Part shown: one piece after another, positions 9,505 through 19,539 of the stretch | Layout: every line of letters starts with the position of its first letter | How positions within the stretch are numbered: the stretch's first letter is position 1 | From: an uncultured Bacteroidales bacterium | GTDB taxonomy: Bacteria; Bacteroidota; Bacteroidia; Bacteroidales; UBA932 | Length of the DNA stretch: 54,679 nucleotides | Direction of reading: 5' to 3' | Assembly: GCA_937890845.1 (NCBI GenBank) | Contig: CALADR010000255.1 | Span: forward strand, 1 to 54,679 | Notes under the pieces: generated by a model | Databases searched by the model: none | What the model saw: only the letters and a program-made list of their open reading frames with translations | What the model was told of the DNA's origin: nothing | Made by a program: the position numbers and the translations under genes

Positions 9505-11069
9505 ATGGACAGATTATTGGGAATGATTCTTATTTTGGCGCTGCTTTTTTCGTGCAATAGCAGCGTGTTGGATCCGGATAAGGAATTTCCGGACAACGCT
9601 ATTGGAGATGTCGGTCATGAGATGATAGTATTGGGGGAAAGGCTGGAAAACCCGTATACTACTGAAAATATGACAAAGGCTCTTCAGTCTCTTTATCCTA
9701 CAAAATCGCGCGTGGAGCTGTCTCCTACTCATCTGTATGTGAGGTTCCTTCCGTTGGAGGAGTCGGATTTCGATTTATTGGACGGTCTTGATTTGTCAGA
9801 CCATCCTTTGGATTACCAGATTATTCGCGACGGAGACTATTATCACGATCCATCGATAGATGATGATGATGCCACTTGGCAATATGCTGTAGTTCCGCAT
9901 GATTATGAGTTTCCAGATGTTTATTATGAACTTATAGATAAGTGCTTTATTAAGGAAACCGGAATTCCCAGACGCTCCGGAGAAATTGACTGGGATGCCG
10001 TGGAACGTGAGTCATACAGGATTACAGGCAATGGGGAAGTAGTGGAGTCGCTGACTAAATCTGGGAAAGTCAATCCTTCAGGAAGAATTACAATAGTAGA
10101 TGAAAAAGTCAATGGCGGAAAACCTTTCGGACTCTCAGGGGTGCGTATAAGGTGCAACAGTTTTGTTAAGTTTTCACATACTTATACTGACAGGGACGGG
10201 TATTATACCATACCTAAAAAGTATTCGTCAAATGTCAGATATCGTATCGTTTTCAAGAATGAAAAGGGATTTGCCATCGGGTTTAACAAACTTCTGGTTC
10301 CTGCTTCCACAGCGGCATTAGGCCGGCATTCTCCTGAAGGGCTTAATTATACTGTAACAGAAAGGTCGGAGCGCAAGTTGTTTACAAGAAGTGTTGTGAA
10401 TAATGCAGCATATGACTATATATCAAGATGTTCTTCAGAAGATATGTCTCTTACCTTGCCTCCAGATGATTTAAGAATATGGCTTTTTTTCAGGGAATGA
10501 TTGCCAGCAGTGCGGTTATGCTTCATCATGGAGCAGTGGTTGACAGCAAGGATATAAGTAAGTTTTTAGGAGGTTTCTCGACAGTACTGAAATTTTTTGC
10601 TCCCGATTTGACTATAGGGATGAAGAATAAGACTGATTATAGTGAAATATACAGTGAAGTATGTCATGAGATGGCACATGCCAGTCATTTTGCTCAGGTC
10701 GGAACAGACTATTGGAACAGGTATATAAAATTTATAATAAAAGCATTTGTGTCATCAGGAGGAAATACTTACGGTAATGGCAATGAAACAGATGCCGGCT
10801 ATTGTGCTGTAGGTGAAATGTGGGCATATTATATTGAAAGTCTTATGTATAAGGAGCGGTATGGAGGAAATGTGCCGTCATTCGGCAGCTCTTTTTGGTT
10901 TTCCCCTCAGATTTTCAGGGCTTTGGATCAGAGAGGTATTAAAAGGTCTGATATCCTGTCTGCACTTACACCGGATGTTTCGGATGTCCGTATGTTGAGG
11001 ACAAGACTACTTACTATGTTTCCGTCAAAAAGCGGCATAATCAATCAGGTATTTAACAGGTACAGATAG
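9505..11069 (+). CDS. Putative zinc-dependent (HExxH) lipoprotein, split by a frameshift at a T7 run (10484-10490) into ORFs ending 10500 and 11069
   Basis: Lipobox ALLFSC; LENPYTTENM and PTHLYVRFLP N-terminal motifs; the second frame continues QGMIASSAVMLHHG...EVCHEMAHASHF...VGEMWA. Confidence 0.65.
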
Positions 11070-11113
11070 ACTATGATGTTTTAAAAAGAAGAAGATAATG
11101 ATAAGGAGATAAT

Positions 11114-11677
11114 ATGGATTGGCGATATATAGGTGTATTCTTGCTGGCTATACTTCTCGATGGTGGATTTGTTTATGGGCAGAAAATGTCAGTATCTACA
11201 AACCTTGCAGGATATGCTGCATTAGGAACATTGAATGCTGAAATTGCGTATTCCGTTTCAAGGCACTGGAGTTTGCAGGTAGGGGCTGAATACAATCCCT
11301 GGACATTCAGGAAGGGTATTACAGGAAAGCAGTTCCAGATGAGACGGCAGAGTTATTCGGCTTCAGCTAAATACTGGTTCTGGCATTTTGGCTCAGGATG
11401 GTGGACAGAGGGGAAGATTCAGTATCAGGAGTATAATGAAGGAGGTTTGATGAGGAGAAGGACAGAGGAGGGAGACAGGTTCGGTTTAGGGTTTGCCGCA
11501 GGATATACCTATATGTTGCATCCTAATATAAACATAGATTTCGGTTTGGGATTCTGGGGCGGTTATGCGAAGTACGTGCAGTTCAGATGTCCGTCTTGTG
11601 GATTGATGGATAGGAAAGGAAACAAAGCATTCATTTTGCCGGATGATATTCTAATAGCAATTACCTATGTGTTCTGA
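11114..11677 (+). CDS. DUF3575-family outer-membrane beta-barrel
   Basis: Signal peptide; STNL...LNAE...WSL...YNPW; GYTYMLHP.INIDFGLG; C-terminal YVF. Confidence 0.8.
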   Translation: MDWRYIGVFLLAILLDGGFVYGQKMSVSTNLAGYAALGTLNAEIAYSVSRHWSLQVGAEYNPWTFRKGITGKQFQMRRQSYSASAKYWFWHFGSGWWTEGKIQYQEYNEGGLMRRRTEEGDRFGLGFAAGYTYMLHPNINIDFGLGFWGGYAKYVQFRCPSCGLMDRKGNKAFILPDDILIAITYVF

Positions 11678-13532
11678 TAGAAATATACCTTGTTTGCTTG
11701 CATTGCTTTCCTTAATGATATTATGTTCCTGTTCTGTGTCAAGACGGATTTCTGAGTTAAGGGATTCCGGAAAGAATGTCGTTCTGTCGCTGCCTTCTGA
11801 TTACGTGGAAGAAAAAGATACTGCAAAACCTTCTTCAACGGAATACTTGCCGGATGGAAAATCAGTGATTATGAATGCCGTATTGGATTCAATTACAGGA
11901 GATATGGTAGCATCGGATGTAATACAGGCATCTAAGATTACTGCAAGATTCCGGCATGCGGCAGAGAGAAATGGCAAGGTATCTCTTGCCTTTGATGTAT
12001 CTGTCCCTCCGGAAATGCTGGAATCGGCATGGCAACTGCGGCTGTACCCGGTAATGGATATTCTTGGAGACTCACTTTGTCTTGAGCCATTGTTTGTAAC
12101 AGGGGCCGGATACAGGTCCGCTCAAGAGAAAGGCTATCAGAGATACAAGGCTTTCCTGTCATCAATCATAAAGGACAGTACTGACTTTCTTATGTTGCAT
12201 TCTTTGGAAATGTTTATCCAAAGATACTTTCCGGATACCTATTCAATGAAGACAGATTCTTCATATGTTTCAGCGGATGAGGTTGAAAATATTTTTGGTG
12301 TTTGCAGGAAAGAAGTAGTGGAACATTATACGAGACAAGGACTTATAAGAAGAAATGAGCGAAAGAAAAAGATATCGGAGAAACTTTTGTCAAAAGTAAT
12401 TGCACCTGTAAATAGCAAGGTGAGGCTTGATACAGTCATATACTCTTCTTCGGGAGAATTGGTTTACCGGTATGTTCAGACTATAGAAAGCCGGCCAGGT
12501 CTTAAAAAGATACCAGTGTCAGTATCAGGTGGCATTTATGAACTTGGAAGACAATTATATTCATTCCCCGAACCGGAAAACATAGTTTTTTACATTAGTT
12601 CTCTTTCGGCATTGGCAGATACTGCATCCAAATATACGTTTAAGGTTATTGAACGTAATGTTTATGAAGACAAGATTGCTGTCATTGATTTCAGTCAGGG
12701 CTCGTCTCAGATTGATTTGTCACTTGGCCGCAATGAAGATGAATTTAATTCAGTTATGGACTGGGCAGGAAAAATACTCTCAAGTGAGAAATATGAGACC
12801 GATTCTATAGTAGTTACAGCTTCTTGTTCTCTTGAAGGGAGATATAGTTTTAATGAATTGCTGTCAAGATCCAGGGCAGAGTCTGCAATGCTTTTTTTCT
12901 CAAATTGTTTTCCGGATTTGGATAAACAGGTTTTCAAGGCGTCATATATACCCGAAAACTGGAGTGGCTTGAAGAAGATGGTAGCTTCAGACAATCGTAT
13001 ATCACGGTCTTCTAAAAATGCAATATTGTCTTTTGATGCAATAAAGAGTCCTGATTGCACAGAAATGAAATTGAAATCTCTTCCAGAGTATGAGTACATA
13101 AAGGAATCTCTCTATCCTGGCTTGAGAAATGTAAAGTTCGGAATATTTATGCATAGGAAGGGTATGCAGAAAGACACGGTACATACGGCTGAAATAGATT
13201 CTACTTATATGGAAGGTGTCAAGGCTCTTACATCACTTGATTACAGGAAGGCAATAGAACTGCTTGGAAAATATGAAGATTATAATTCTGCATTAGCTTA
13301 TCTCTCGGCAGGTTATGATGAAAAAGCCTGGAAAGTAATATCAAAAATACGGGAGCATACACCTAAATCGTATTATTTGGCATCATTGGCCTTGTCCAGA
13401 CTTGGAAAACTTGAAAAGGCATATAGGTATTTTAAATATTGCGTCGAGGCAGATTCTTACATGCTTCACAGAGGAAGACTTGATCCGGAAATGAATGAAG
13501 TGGTTAAACAATATGAAAATGAAAGATATTGA
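11667..13532 (+). CDS. Fimbrial-locus lipoprotein with OmpA-like and TPR-like segments (DUF3868-type)
   Basis: Lipobox ILCSC; IDFSQGSSQID...N...TASCSLEG...NELLSRSRA OmpA-like motif; ENW; YPGLR; C-terminal helical repeats. Confidence 0.6.
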   Translation: MCSDRNIPCLLALLSLMILCSCSVSRRISELRDSGKNVVLSLPSDYVEEKDTAKPSSTEYLPDGKSVIMNAVLDSITGDMVASDVIQASKITARFRHAAERNGKVSLAFDVSVPPEMLESAWQLRLYPVMDILGDSLCLEPLFVTGAGYRSAQEKGYQRYKAFLSSIIKDSTDFLMLHSLEMFIQRYFPDTYSMKTDSSYVSADEVENIFGVCRKEVVEHYTRQGLIRRNERKKKISEKLLSKVIAPVNSKVRLDTVIYSSSGELVYRYVQTIESRPGLKKIPVSVSGGIYELGRQLYSFPEPENIVFYISSLSALADTASKYTFKVIERNVYEDKIAVIDFSQGSSQIDLSLGRNEDEFNSVMDWAGKILSSEKYETDSIVVTASCSLEGRYSFNELLSRSRAESAMLFFSNCFPDLDKQVFKASYIPENWSGLKKMVASDNRISRSSKNAILSFDAIKSPDCTEMKLKSLPEYEYIKESLYPGLRNVKFGIFMHRKGMQKDTVHTAEIDSTYMEGVKALTSLDYRKAIELLGKYEDYNSALAYLSAGYDEKAWKVISKIREHTPKSYYLASLALSRLGKLEKAYRYFKYCVEADSYMLHRGRLDPEMNEVVKQYENERY

Positions 13533-13556
13533 TGTATAACTCAAATTTTATCGCTT

Positions 13557-14534
13557 ATGAAAAATGTATTTATTATTGTGGCTGCATCTGCTTTGGCAGC
13601 CGTAGGATGTGCAAAAGAAAATGTCTGTCAGGAAGCAGTCGGGAGCAAAACAGTATCTGTGGATATTTCTGTACCTGTGGCAATGATGACAAAGGTGACA
13701 GATTTGTCAGATGAGGCTAAAGTCAATACTCTGCAGATATTCTTGTTCAGGGAAAACGGAGTGTTGGAAGGATATAAATCAGTCACAGCGGCGAATGCCA
13801 GTTTTGACTGCAGTACAGGTACAAAGGATATTGCAGCTGTCGTGAATGCTCCGGAGATTAAGGATGTCAAAACATTTCAGGCTTTAAAAGAAAAGATATC
13901 TGATTTGAAGGATAACTCTGTGGGAGCATTTGTAATGTACGGTACTAAGCGGCAACAGATATCTGAAGCAGCAACTTCTGTAAGTATCGATGTTTCAAGG
14001 TTGGTTTCAAGAGTTTCCATAACACAGATTACGAACAGTTTCGAGCTTGAACAATACCGTCAGTCAAAGTTTGAACTTAAACGGATTTATCTGGTTAATG
14101 TGGCGGGAAATAAGGAATATGGCGGAACAGCAGAGGCTACATCCTGGTATAATAAAGGTAAACTTGATGAACAAGGGGAGGCCCTTCATCTGATTTCTAC
14201 AGGAAATATTGAAAATTCAGAATTGAATTACAGTTCGGTTTACAAGACAGCGCATTATTTTTACTGTTATCCTAATTCGGCTACAGAAGAGAATGCGCAG
14301 TCTATGAGGCAGAGTCCAACAAGGCTTGTTGTAGAACTGGCAATAGACGGAGCTGTTTATTATTATCCTGTAACGATTCCGGATATAGACAGCAATCATA
14401 GTTATAATGTAAAATTGAATATCAAGAGGCTTGGTTCATTAGCTCCGGATATTCCTGTTGAATTTGAAACCGCAGGCTTTACAATAAATGTCAAGGACTG
14501 GGTGACAGGATTTGATAAAGAGGTTACAATATAG
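13557..14534 (+). CDS. Type V pilus structural pilin (FimA/Mfa1-like lipoprotein)
   Basis: Lipobox AAVGC; TK motif followed by EAKVNTLQIFLF; VSRLVSRV; YYYPVTI...NHSY; C-terminal donor-strand-like FTINVKDWVTGFDKEVTI. Confidence 0.8.
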   Translation: MKNVFIIVAASALAAVGCAKENVCQEAVGSKTVSVDISVPVAMMTKVTDLSDEAKVNTLQIFLFRENGVLEGYKSVTAANASFDCSTGTKDIAAVVNAPEIKDVKTFQALKEKISDLKDNSVGAFVMYGTKRQQISEAATSVSIDVSRLVSRVSITQITNSFELEQYRQSKFELKRIYLVNVAGNKEYGGTAEATSWYNKGKLDEQGEALHLISTGNIENSELNYSSVYKTAHYFYCYPNSATEENAQSMRQSPTRLVVELAIDGAVYYYPVTIPDIDSNHSYNVKLNIKRLGSLAPDIPVEFETAGFTINVKDWVTGFDKEVTI

Positions 14535-14585
14535 GCAGTAATCATGTCTGTGTTATGATACATGGATATTCTGTATTGATTTGAG

Positions 14586-15383
14586 ATGAAGATGAATACA
14601 AAGACAATAATGGGTTTGATTATTTTGCTGCCGGCTTTAACATGCTGTCTTACAGCTTGTTCTGTTAAGGAAAACAGAGCAGAATGTCCTTGTTTCCTTA
14701 TAGTGGATTTCAGTGAGGTAAACGGTTCGGAAATGTGGTGTTCAGATATTGATATTGCAAGTTCAGACGGTTTTTTATATAAAGACGAGATTCCGGCATC
14801 TAAGTATGGGGAAAGACATGTTGTTGCTGTTCCGAGGACTGGCGTTTTCCTTAATGTATCGTATGGCAGTGAAAACTGTTTCGGTCCTGAAAATGGTTTT
14901 TCAGTAACAGTAGGACAGAATTTTCCGCCGTTATATTTGTATTCGTCTCATCTTGATACAGATGCGGAGATTATCGAGTCTAAAGTAAAGATGCATAAGG
15001 AGCATTGTAGAATAAATATAGGAATGAAAGCTGTGTCTGGGCCATATCCGTTTTCTGTTTCCGTAGAAGGGGATATATGCGGTATCGGTATGGATGGTAC
15101 ACCTGTAGCAGGGGCTTTCAGATATTCTCCTGCAATAGATGATGAAGGAACTTGTTTCGTCCGTGTCCCGCGCCAGACTTCTTCTTCTCTTATTCTTAAA
15201 ATTTGGGATAAGAATGATGTCTTGAGAACATTTTCAATAGGAGAATATATAATTGAAAGTGGCTATGACTGGACAGCAGAAAGCCTTGAAGATGTTAATG
15301 TTGAGATAGATTATGCTAAAACTGAAGTCTCGTTTACTGTAAATGATTGGGAAAAAACAGTACATTTTGATGTTGAAATATAG
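14586..15383 (+). CDS. FimB/Mfa2-family pilus anchor lipoprotein
   Basis: LTACSVKENRAECPC N-terminus typical of Mfa2/FimB; C-terminal FTVNDWEK. Confidence 0.72.
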   Translation: MKMNTKTIMGLIILLPALTCCLTACSVKENRAECPCFLIVDFSEVNGSEMWCSDIDIASSDGFLYKDEIPASKYGERHVVAVPRTGVFLNVSYGSENCFGPENGFSVTVGQNFPPLYLYSSHLDTDAEIIESKVKMHKEHCRINIGMKAVSGPYPFSVSVEGDICGIGMDGTPVAGAFRYSPAIDDEGTCFVRVPRQTSSSLILKIWDKNDVLRTFSIGEYIIESGYDWTAESLEDVNVEIDYAKTEVSFTVNDWEKTVHFDVEI

Positions 15384-15405
15384 TTAGGAATTAAAAAAAC
15401 TTTTG

Positions 15406-15413
15406 TATCTTTG
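15406..15413 (+). promoter_or_regulatory. -7 box (TATCTTTG) of tRNA-Leu
   Basis: Exact TAnnTTTG ending 15 bp before the tRNA. Confidence 0.7.
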
Positions 15414-15428
15414 CACCACTTTACTGAG

Positions 15429-15512
15429 GCGCAGGTGGCGAAATTGGTAGACGCGCTACTCTCAGGAGGTAGTGCCAGAAATGGCGTGTCAGTTCGACTC
15501 TGATCCTGCGCA
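15429..15512 (+). tRNA. tRNA-Leu(CAG)
   Basis: GCGCAGG/CCTGCGC acceptor stem, GGTAGAC D-loop, CT-CAG-GA anticodon loop, long variable arm, TTCGACT; CCA not encoded. Confidence 0.95.
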
Positions 15513-15522
15513 CTTCAAAATG

Positions 15523-15553
15523 ATGGCTGTCCTTGTTGGGGCAGCCATTTTTT
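15523..15553 (+). terminator. Terminator after tRNA-Leu
   Basis: ATGGCTGTCC-TTGTT-GGGGCAGCCAT hairpin followed by a T run. Confidence 0.7.
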
Positions 15554-15593
15554 ATTTGTACTTTTACATCATGTATTTTAAAATAAGATACCG

Positions 15594-16529
15594 ATGAAAA
15601 TAGTTTTTCTTGATGCAGCTACAATGGGAGCTGATATATCATTTGAGCCTATAAGCAGGCACGGGGATCTGATATGCTATGATTCTTCAACTGCAGAAGA
15701 AGCTCTTGAACGTGTAGTGGATTGCGATGTGCTTATTGTTAACAAAGTAAAAGTTACAAAGGAACTGATTGATGCAGCAAAATCCTTGAAGCTTATCTGT
15801 GAAGCGGCTACCGGTGTCAACAATATTGATTTGGAATATGCTGGGTCTAAATGTATTCCGGTAAAAAATGTAGCAGGTTATTCTACAGATTCGGTAGTTC
15901 AGACTACATTTATGCATATATTGTCACTTTGCGGCAAAGCAAGATATTTTGACAATGCGGTGAAAAGTGGGAATTATGCTTCAGGAGGGATGTTTACTGA
16001 TGTGTCTGTACCGTTCAATGAGTTGTCCGGCAAGAAAATAGGAATTGTGGGAATGGGAAAAATCGGTTATGGAGTAGCTAAAGTAGCATCTGCTTTTGGA
16101 ATGGATGTCTCTTATTTTTCCACATCAGGAACTTCCCATTGTACAGAGTATCCAAGTGTTTCTCTTGAACAGCTTATGTCTGAATCAGATATTGTGTCCG
16201 TTCATGCTCCTTACAACGAAAGGACAGCATCTCTTATCTGTAAGAGGGAACTGGAATTGATGAAGCCTTCTGCAATTATAGTGAATATGGGTAGGGGTGG
16301 AATCATTGATGAACAGGCTTTGGCAGATGCCGTAGATTCCGGAGCAATAGCTGGAGCTGCCTTGGATGTATTTGTCGGAGAACCCTTGTCCATGGACAAC
16401 CCGCTGATGAAAGTAGTTCATAAGGAGAGGCTTTCATTTTCTCCTCATATTGCATGGGCATCTGTTGAGGCGCGAACCAGGCTTATGGAGAGTATTGGCA
16501 ATAATGTGGCAACTGCAAACGCAGATTAA
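15594..16529 (+). CDS. D-2-hydroxyacid dehydrogenase (glycerate dehydrogenase-like)
   Basis: ATGVNNID, GIVGMGKIG Rossmann motif, NMGRGG, ALDVF..EP, SPHIAW. Confidence 0.9.
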   Translation: MKIVFLDAATMGADISFEPISRHGDLICYDSSTAEEALERVVDCDVLIVNKVKVTKELIDAAKSLKLICEAATGVNNIDLEYAGSKCIPVKNVAGYSTDSVVQTTFMHILSLCGKARYFDNAVKSGNYASGGMFTDVSVPFNELSGKKIGIVGMGKIGYGVAKVASAFGMDVSYFSTSGTSHCTEYPSVSLEQLMSESDIVSVHAPYNERTASLICKRELELMKPSAIIVNMGRGGIIDEQALADAVDSGAIAGAALDVFVGEPLSMDNPLMKVVHKERLSFSPHIAWASVEARTRLMESIGNNVATANAD

Positions 16530-16575
16530 TCCTGAACTATCAGTACGTAATCTTGCACAGGTTACATATATTGTT

Positions 16576-16610
16576 AAGCGGCCGTCAGTCATTGGACTGC
16601 GGCCGCTTTT
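16576..16610. terminator. Bidirectional terminator between convergent dehydrogenase and hpf
   Basis: AAGCGGCCG(T)CAGTC-ATTG-GACTGCGGCCGCTTTT. Confidence 0.7.
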
Positions 16611-16660
16611 AGATGTCATCAATAATAATATTTATGCTTTGATGTGATTGGTTTTAATTG

Positions 16661-16948
16661 TTAGTTCCTTTTTTCCTTTACCCTTACCAGCTTGTCTTTA
16701 AGGATGTCAACGCAGTCGACAAGTGCATCTTCAAAAGTCTTGGCGTTACGCTCTATGACTACGTCATTTCCTGGAATCTGAACGTGAATTTTCACGTTTT
16801 TGTTTTCATGTTCAGCAAGTAGCGAGAGAGCTACGTCAACACCGATGATTTCGTCATAAAACTTTTCAAGCTTTGACACTTTTTTTTCTACGAAGTCAAG
16901 CAGTTTCTGGTCTGCGTTAAACTTGATGGATTGTACTCTAATCTCCAT
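16661..16948 (-). CDS. hpf: Ribosome hibernation factor / RaiA
   Basis: MEIRVQSIKFNADQKLLDFVEKKVSKL...TFEDA; start refined to the internal Met that overlaps the xerC 3' end. Confidence 0.9.
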   Translation of the reverse strand: MEIRVQSIKFNADQKLLDFVEKKVSKLEKFYDEIIGVDVALSLLAEHENKNVKIHVQIPGNDVVIERNAKTFEDALVDCVDILKDKLVRVKEKRN

Positions 16949-18026
16949 GTTTACCTCCGCTTTTTGCCCTTGGATGGGCATTAGTATAAACTTTTTTTAG
17001 TTTTGCGACAGAGTTGTGGGTATATATTTGGGTCGCGGCCAGTGAAGAGTGTCCCAAAAGTTCCTTGATGGAATTTATGTCTGCTCCATTATTCAGCAGT
17101 TCCGTCGCCAATGTATGCCTGAGGACATGGGGCGATTTTCGTGCTGTGAAGAGTCCTGTTTCTCCAAGTTCGCGTTTGACTGCCCTGTCAACATAAACGG
17201 GATATAATGCTTTTCCCCTATAAGTCATCAGTAATGGCGAGTCAGTTCCGTGTATAATGCAACTTGTCGCATCAACTGTTTGTAAATATAGTGAAATTTC
17301 TTTACAAAGAGACTTTATGACAGGAATTTCTCGTGTTTTATCTCCTTTACCCTTTACTTTTATTTGTTGTCTGTGGAAATCAACGGAGCCTCTTGTCAGA
17401 GAAATAAGCTCTCCTCGTCGCATACCTGTTGAGTATAAAATGGAGACAATCAACCTGTCCAGTTTCTTTGTATATATCCACTCTGCAAATCTTTCTGGTT
17501 TGTCAGACATTTCATTCATCATGGCCAGGACAGAGTCTTTTTCTGTAGAATATCCAGGTTTGTCCTTGAATCTGAGATAAGCCCCGATGAAGTCTACGGG
17601 AGACATTCCGTCTGTATATGATACGAATATTTCGCTCTCCGACAGATATTTCGCCATGCTGGCATGTCTGTAGAAAACAGGAAGTTTTTTGTCAGTTTTC
17701 GGTCTTGTTATATTACGGGCAGGGTTGTACGATATGATTTTTTTCAACATAAGGTACCGGCAGAATCCGCTAAGGACGGAAATATGCAGACAGACGCTTT
17801 TCGGGTTGAATTTTTTCTTTTCGATCAGATATATTTCGTATCCGCGTACAGTGTCAGTATTAATGATGTCATTGATATTATTTGCAGATATCTCTTCTCC
17901 GGATGTCCTGTGTATATACACAAAGTCTGAAAATGACTGCAGCACATTATAATAAATCTCCTGTGTCCTTTTGGAGTACCTCCGGACACTGGCTATATAT
18001 TCGATATATGTTTCTATCAGAGTCAT
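16938..18026 (-). CDS. xerC: Tyrosine recombinase XerC-like
   Basis: TGMRRGE, KGKGDK, SPHVLRHTLAT, LLGHSSLAATQIYTH...AHPRA; xerC-hpf gene order. Confidence 0.85.
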   Translation of the reverse strand: MTLIETYIEYIASVRRYSKRTQEIYYNVLQSFSDFVYIHRTSGEEISANNINDIINTDTVRGYEIYLIEKKKFNPKSVCLHISVLSGFCRYLMLKKIISYNPARNITRPKTDKKLPVFYRHASMAKYLSESEIFVSYTDGMSPVDFIGAYLRFKDKPGYSTEKDSVLAMMNEMSDKPERFAEWIYTKKLDRLIVSILYSTGMRRGELISLTRGSVDFHRQQIKVKGKGDKTREIPVIKSLCKEISLYLQTVDATSCIIHGTDSPLLMTYRGKALYPVYVDRAVKRELGETGLFTARKSPHVLRHTLATELLNNGADINSIKELLGHSSLAATQIYTHNSVAKLKKVYTNAHPRAKSGGKHGD

Positions 18027-19538
18027 TTATTTTGCTTGCAGGCCCATTTCTGCTGCTTTGCTGCGCATCAGTCTGTCTGCCTGACCAAAATCATTCTCTA
18101 TAATACCGTCAAGTATAGCGTTTTTTACAAACTCCTTAAGGACGCCGATTTCGTGGCACGGCGGTATCCCGAATACTTCCATTACGTATTCTCCTGTTAT
18201 AGGATTCTTGAAATTCCGGATGGCATCTTTTGCTTCTACATCAGCAAGTTTTTGCTGGACAAGTTCGAAATTCTGTTTAAGCCGTTCAACTTTGCGTATG
18301 TTCTTGGATGTTATGTCTGCATTGCACAGGAGCATAAGGTCATCTATATCATTTCCAGCGTCAAATAACAGCCTGCGCACAGCAGAGTCAGTAACTTCTT
18401 CTGTAACGAGAGCTATAGGTCTCAGGTGAAGATTGACCAGCTTTTGTACATACTTCATTTTCTCATTGAGCGGAAGCTTCATCTGCTGGAACATCTTTGG
18501 TATCATTCTGGCTCCAACGACTTCATGTCCGTGGAATGTCCATCCTGTTTGTGGAGCAAACCGTTTTGTTGCAGGTTTGCCTATGTCGTGAAGCAATGCG
18601 GCCCAGCGAAGCCACAGGTATGGTTCAGTCCGCGGTACGGTGATTTCTTGTCCATCTTCAAATTCGTGGTTGTAGAGAGCCCCCCTGGATATCATATCGG
18701 CTTCTCCTGCAGCAAGATTGTCAAGAACTTCGAGAGTATGGCTGAAATTTTCTTTATGTCCTTTACCGTCAACTGTTTCCGTGCCTTTGAGTTTTACAAG
18801 TTGAGGCATGATGTAATCCATCAGTCCGGTTTCATCTAAAAGGCGGAATCCGATAGACGGTTTTGAACAAACCAGAATCTTATTAAGCTCTTCCGTTATT
18901 CTCTCTTTGGACAGGATTGACATCCTTTCACGGTTTCTTCGTATGGACTCAAGAGATTCTGGAACTATTCTGAACATCAGTTGCGGTGTGCTGAGTTTTG
19001 TCGCAAATCTGATGGCACGTATCATTCTCAGAGGGTCGTCACTATAAGTTGTATCAGGATCCAGCGGTGTGCGTATGATTCCTGAGGCGAGGTCTCTGAT
19101 GCCTCCGAACGGATCTACAAGTGCTCCGAAATCTTCTTTCTGAAGGCTGAATGCCATAGCATTGATAGTGAAATCGCGCCTTAGCTGGTCATCTTCCAGC
19201 GTTCCGTTTTCGACTATCGGCTTTCTGGAATCCCTTCTGTAGGATTCTTTCCTTGCCCCGACAAATTCAATTTCTACACCCTTGAATTTCAGCATGGCAG
19301 TGCCGAAATTCCTGAAAACTGAAACATTGCTTTTCACAGCGGCTCCCACTGCTTCTGCCAGTTCGATGCCGCTGCCTTCTACTACTATATCTATGTCTTT
19401 GCTTGGTCTTCCGAGAAAGCAGTCCCTCACATATCCTCCTATGACAAAAGCTCTGACTCCGAGATTCTCAGCAACTTGTGAGACAATCTTGAAAATTTTA
19501 TGATCCAGGAAACCCTGTGTTATTGTGGCATTACTCAT
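18027..19538 (-). CDS. CCA tRNA nucleotidyltransferase (HD domain)
   Basis: IGGYVRD...DIDIV, RRDFTINA, DDPLRMIRAIRF, LLHDIGK. Confidence 0.92.
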   Translation of the reverse strand: MSNATITQGFLDHKIFKIVSQVAENLGVRAFVIGGYVRDCFLGRPSKDIDIVVEGSGIELAEAVGAAVKSNVSVFRNFGTAMLKFKGVEIEFVGARKESYRRDSRKPIVENGTLEDDQLRRDFTINAMAFSLQKEDFGALVDPFGGIRDLASGIIRTPLDPDTTYSDDPLRMIRAIRFATKLSTPQLMFRIVPESLESIRRNRERMSILSKERITEELNKILVCSKPSIGFRLLDETGLMDYIMPQLVKLKGTETVDGKGHKENFSHTLEVLDNLAAGEADMISRGALYNHEFEDGQEITVPRTEPYLWLRWAALLHDIGKPATKRFAPQTGWTFHGHEVVGARMIPKMFQQMKLPLNEKMKYVQKLVNLHLRPIALVTEEVTDSAVRRLLFDAGNDIDDLMLLCNADITSKNIRKVERLKQNFELVQQKLADVEAKDAIRNFKNPITGEYVMEVFGIPPCHEIGVLKEFVKNAILDGIIENDFGQADRLMRSKAAEMGLQAK

Positions 19539-19539
19539 T

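Noticed and set aside
9400..18026. Pilus cluster as a tRNA-Leu-integrated island mobilised by the nearby tyrosine recombinase
   Set aside because: No duplicated tRNA end was seen, the cluster lies 5' of the tRNA, and the recombinase looks like chromosomal XerC beside hpf.
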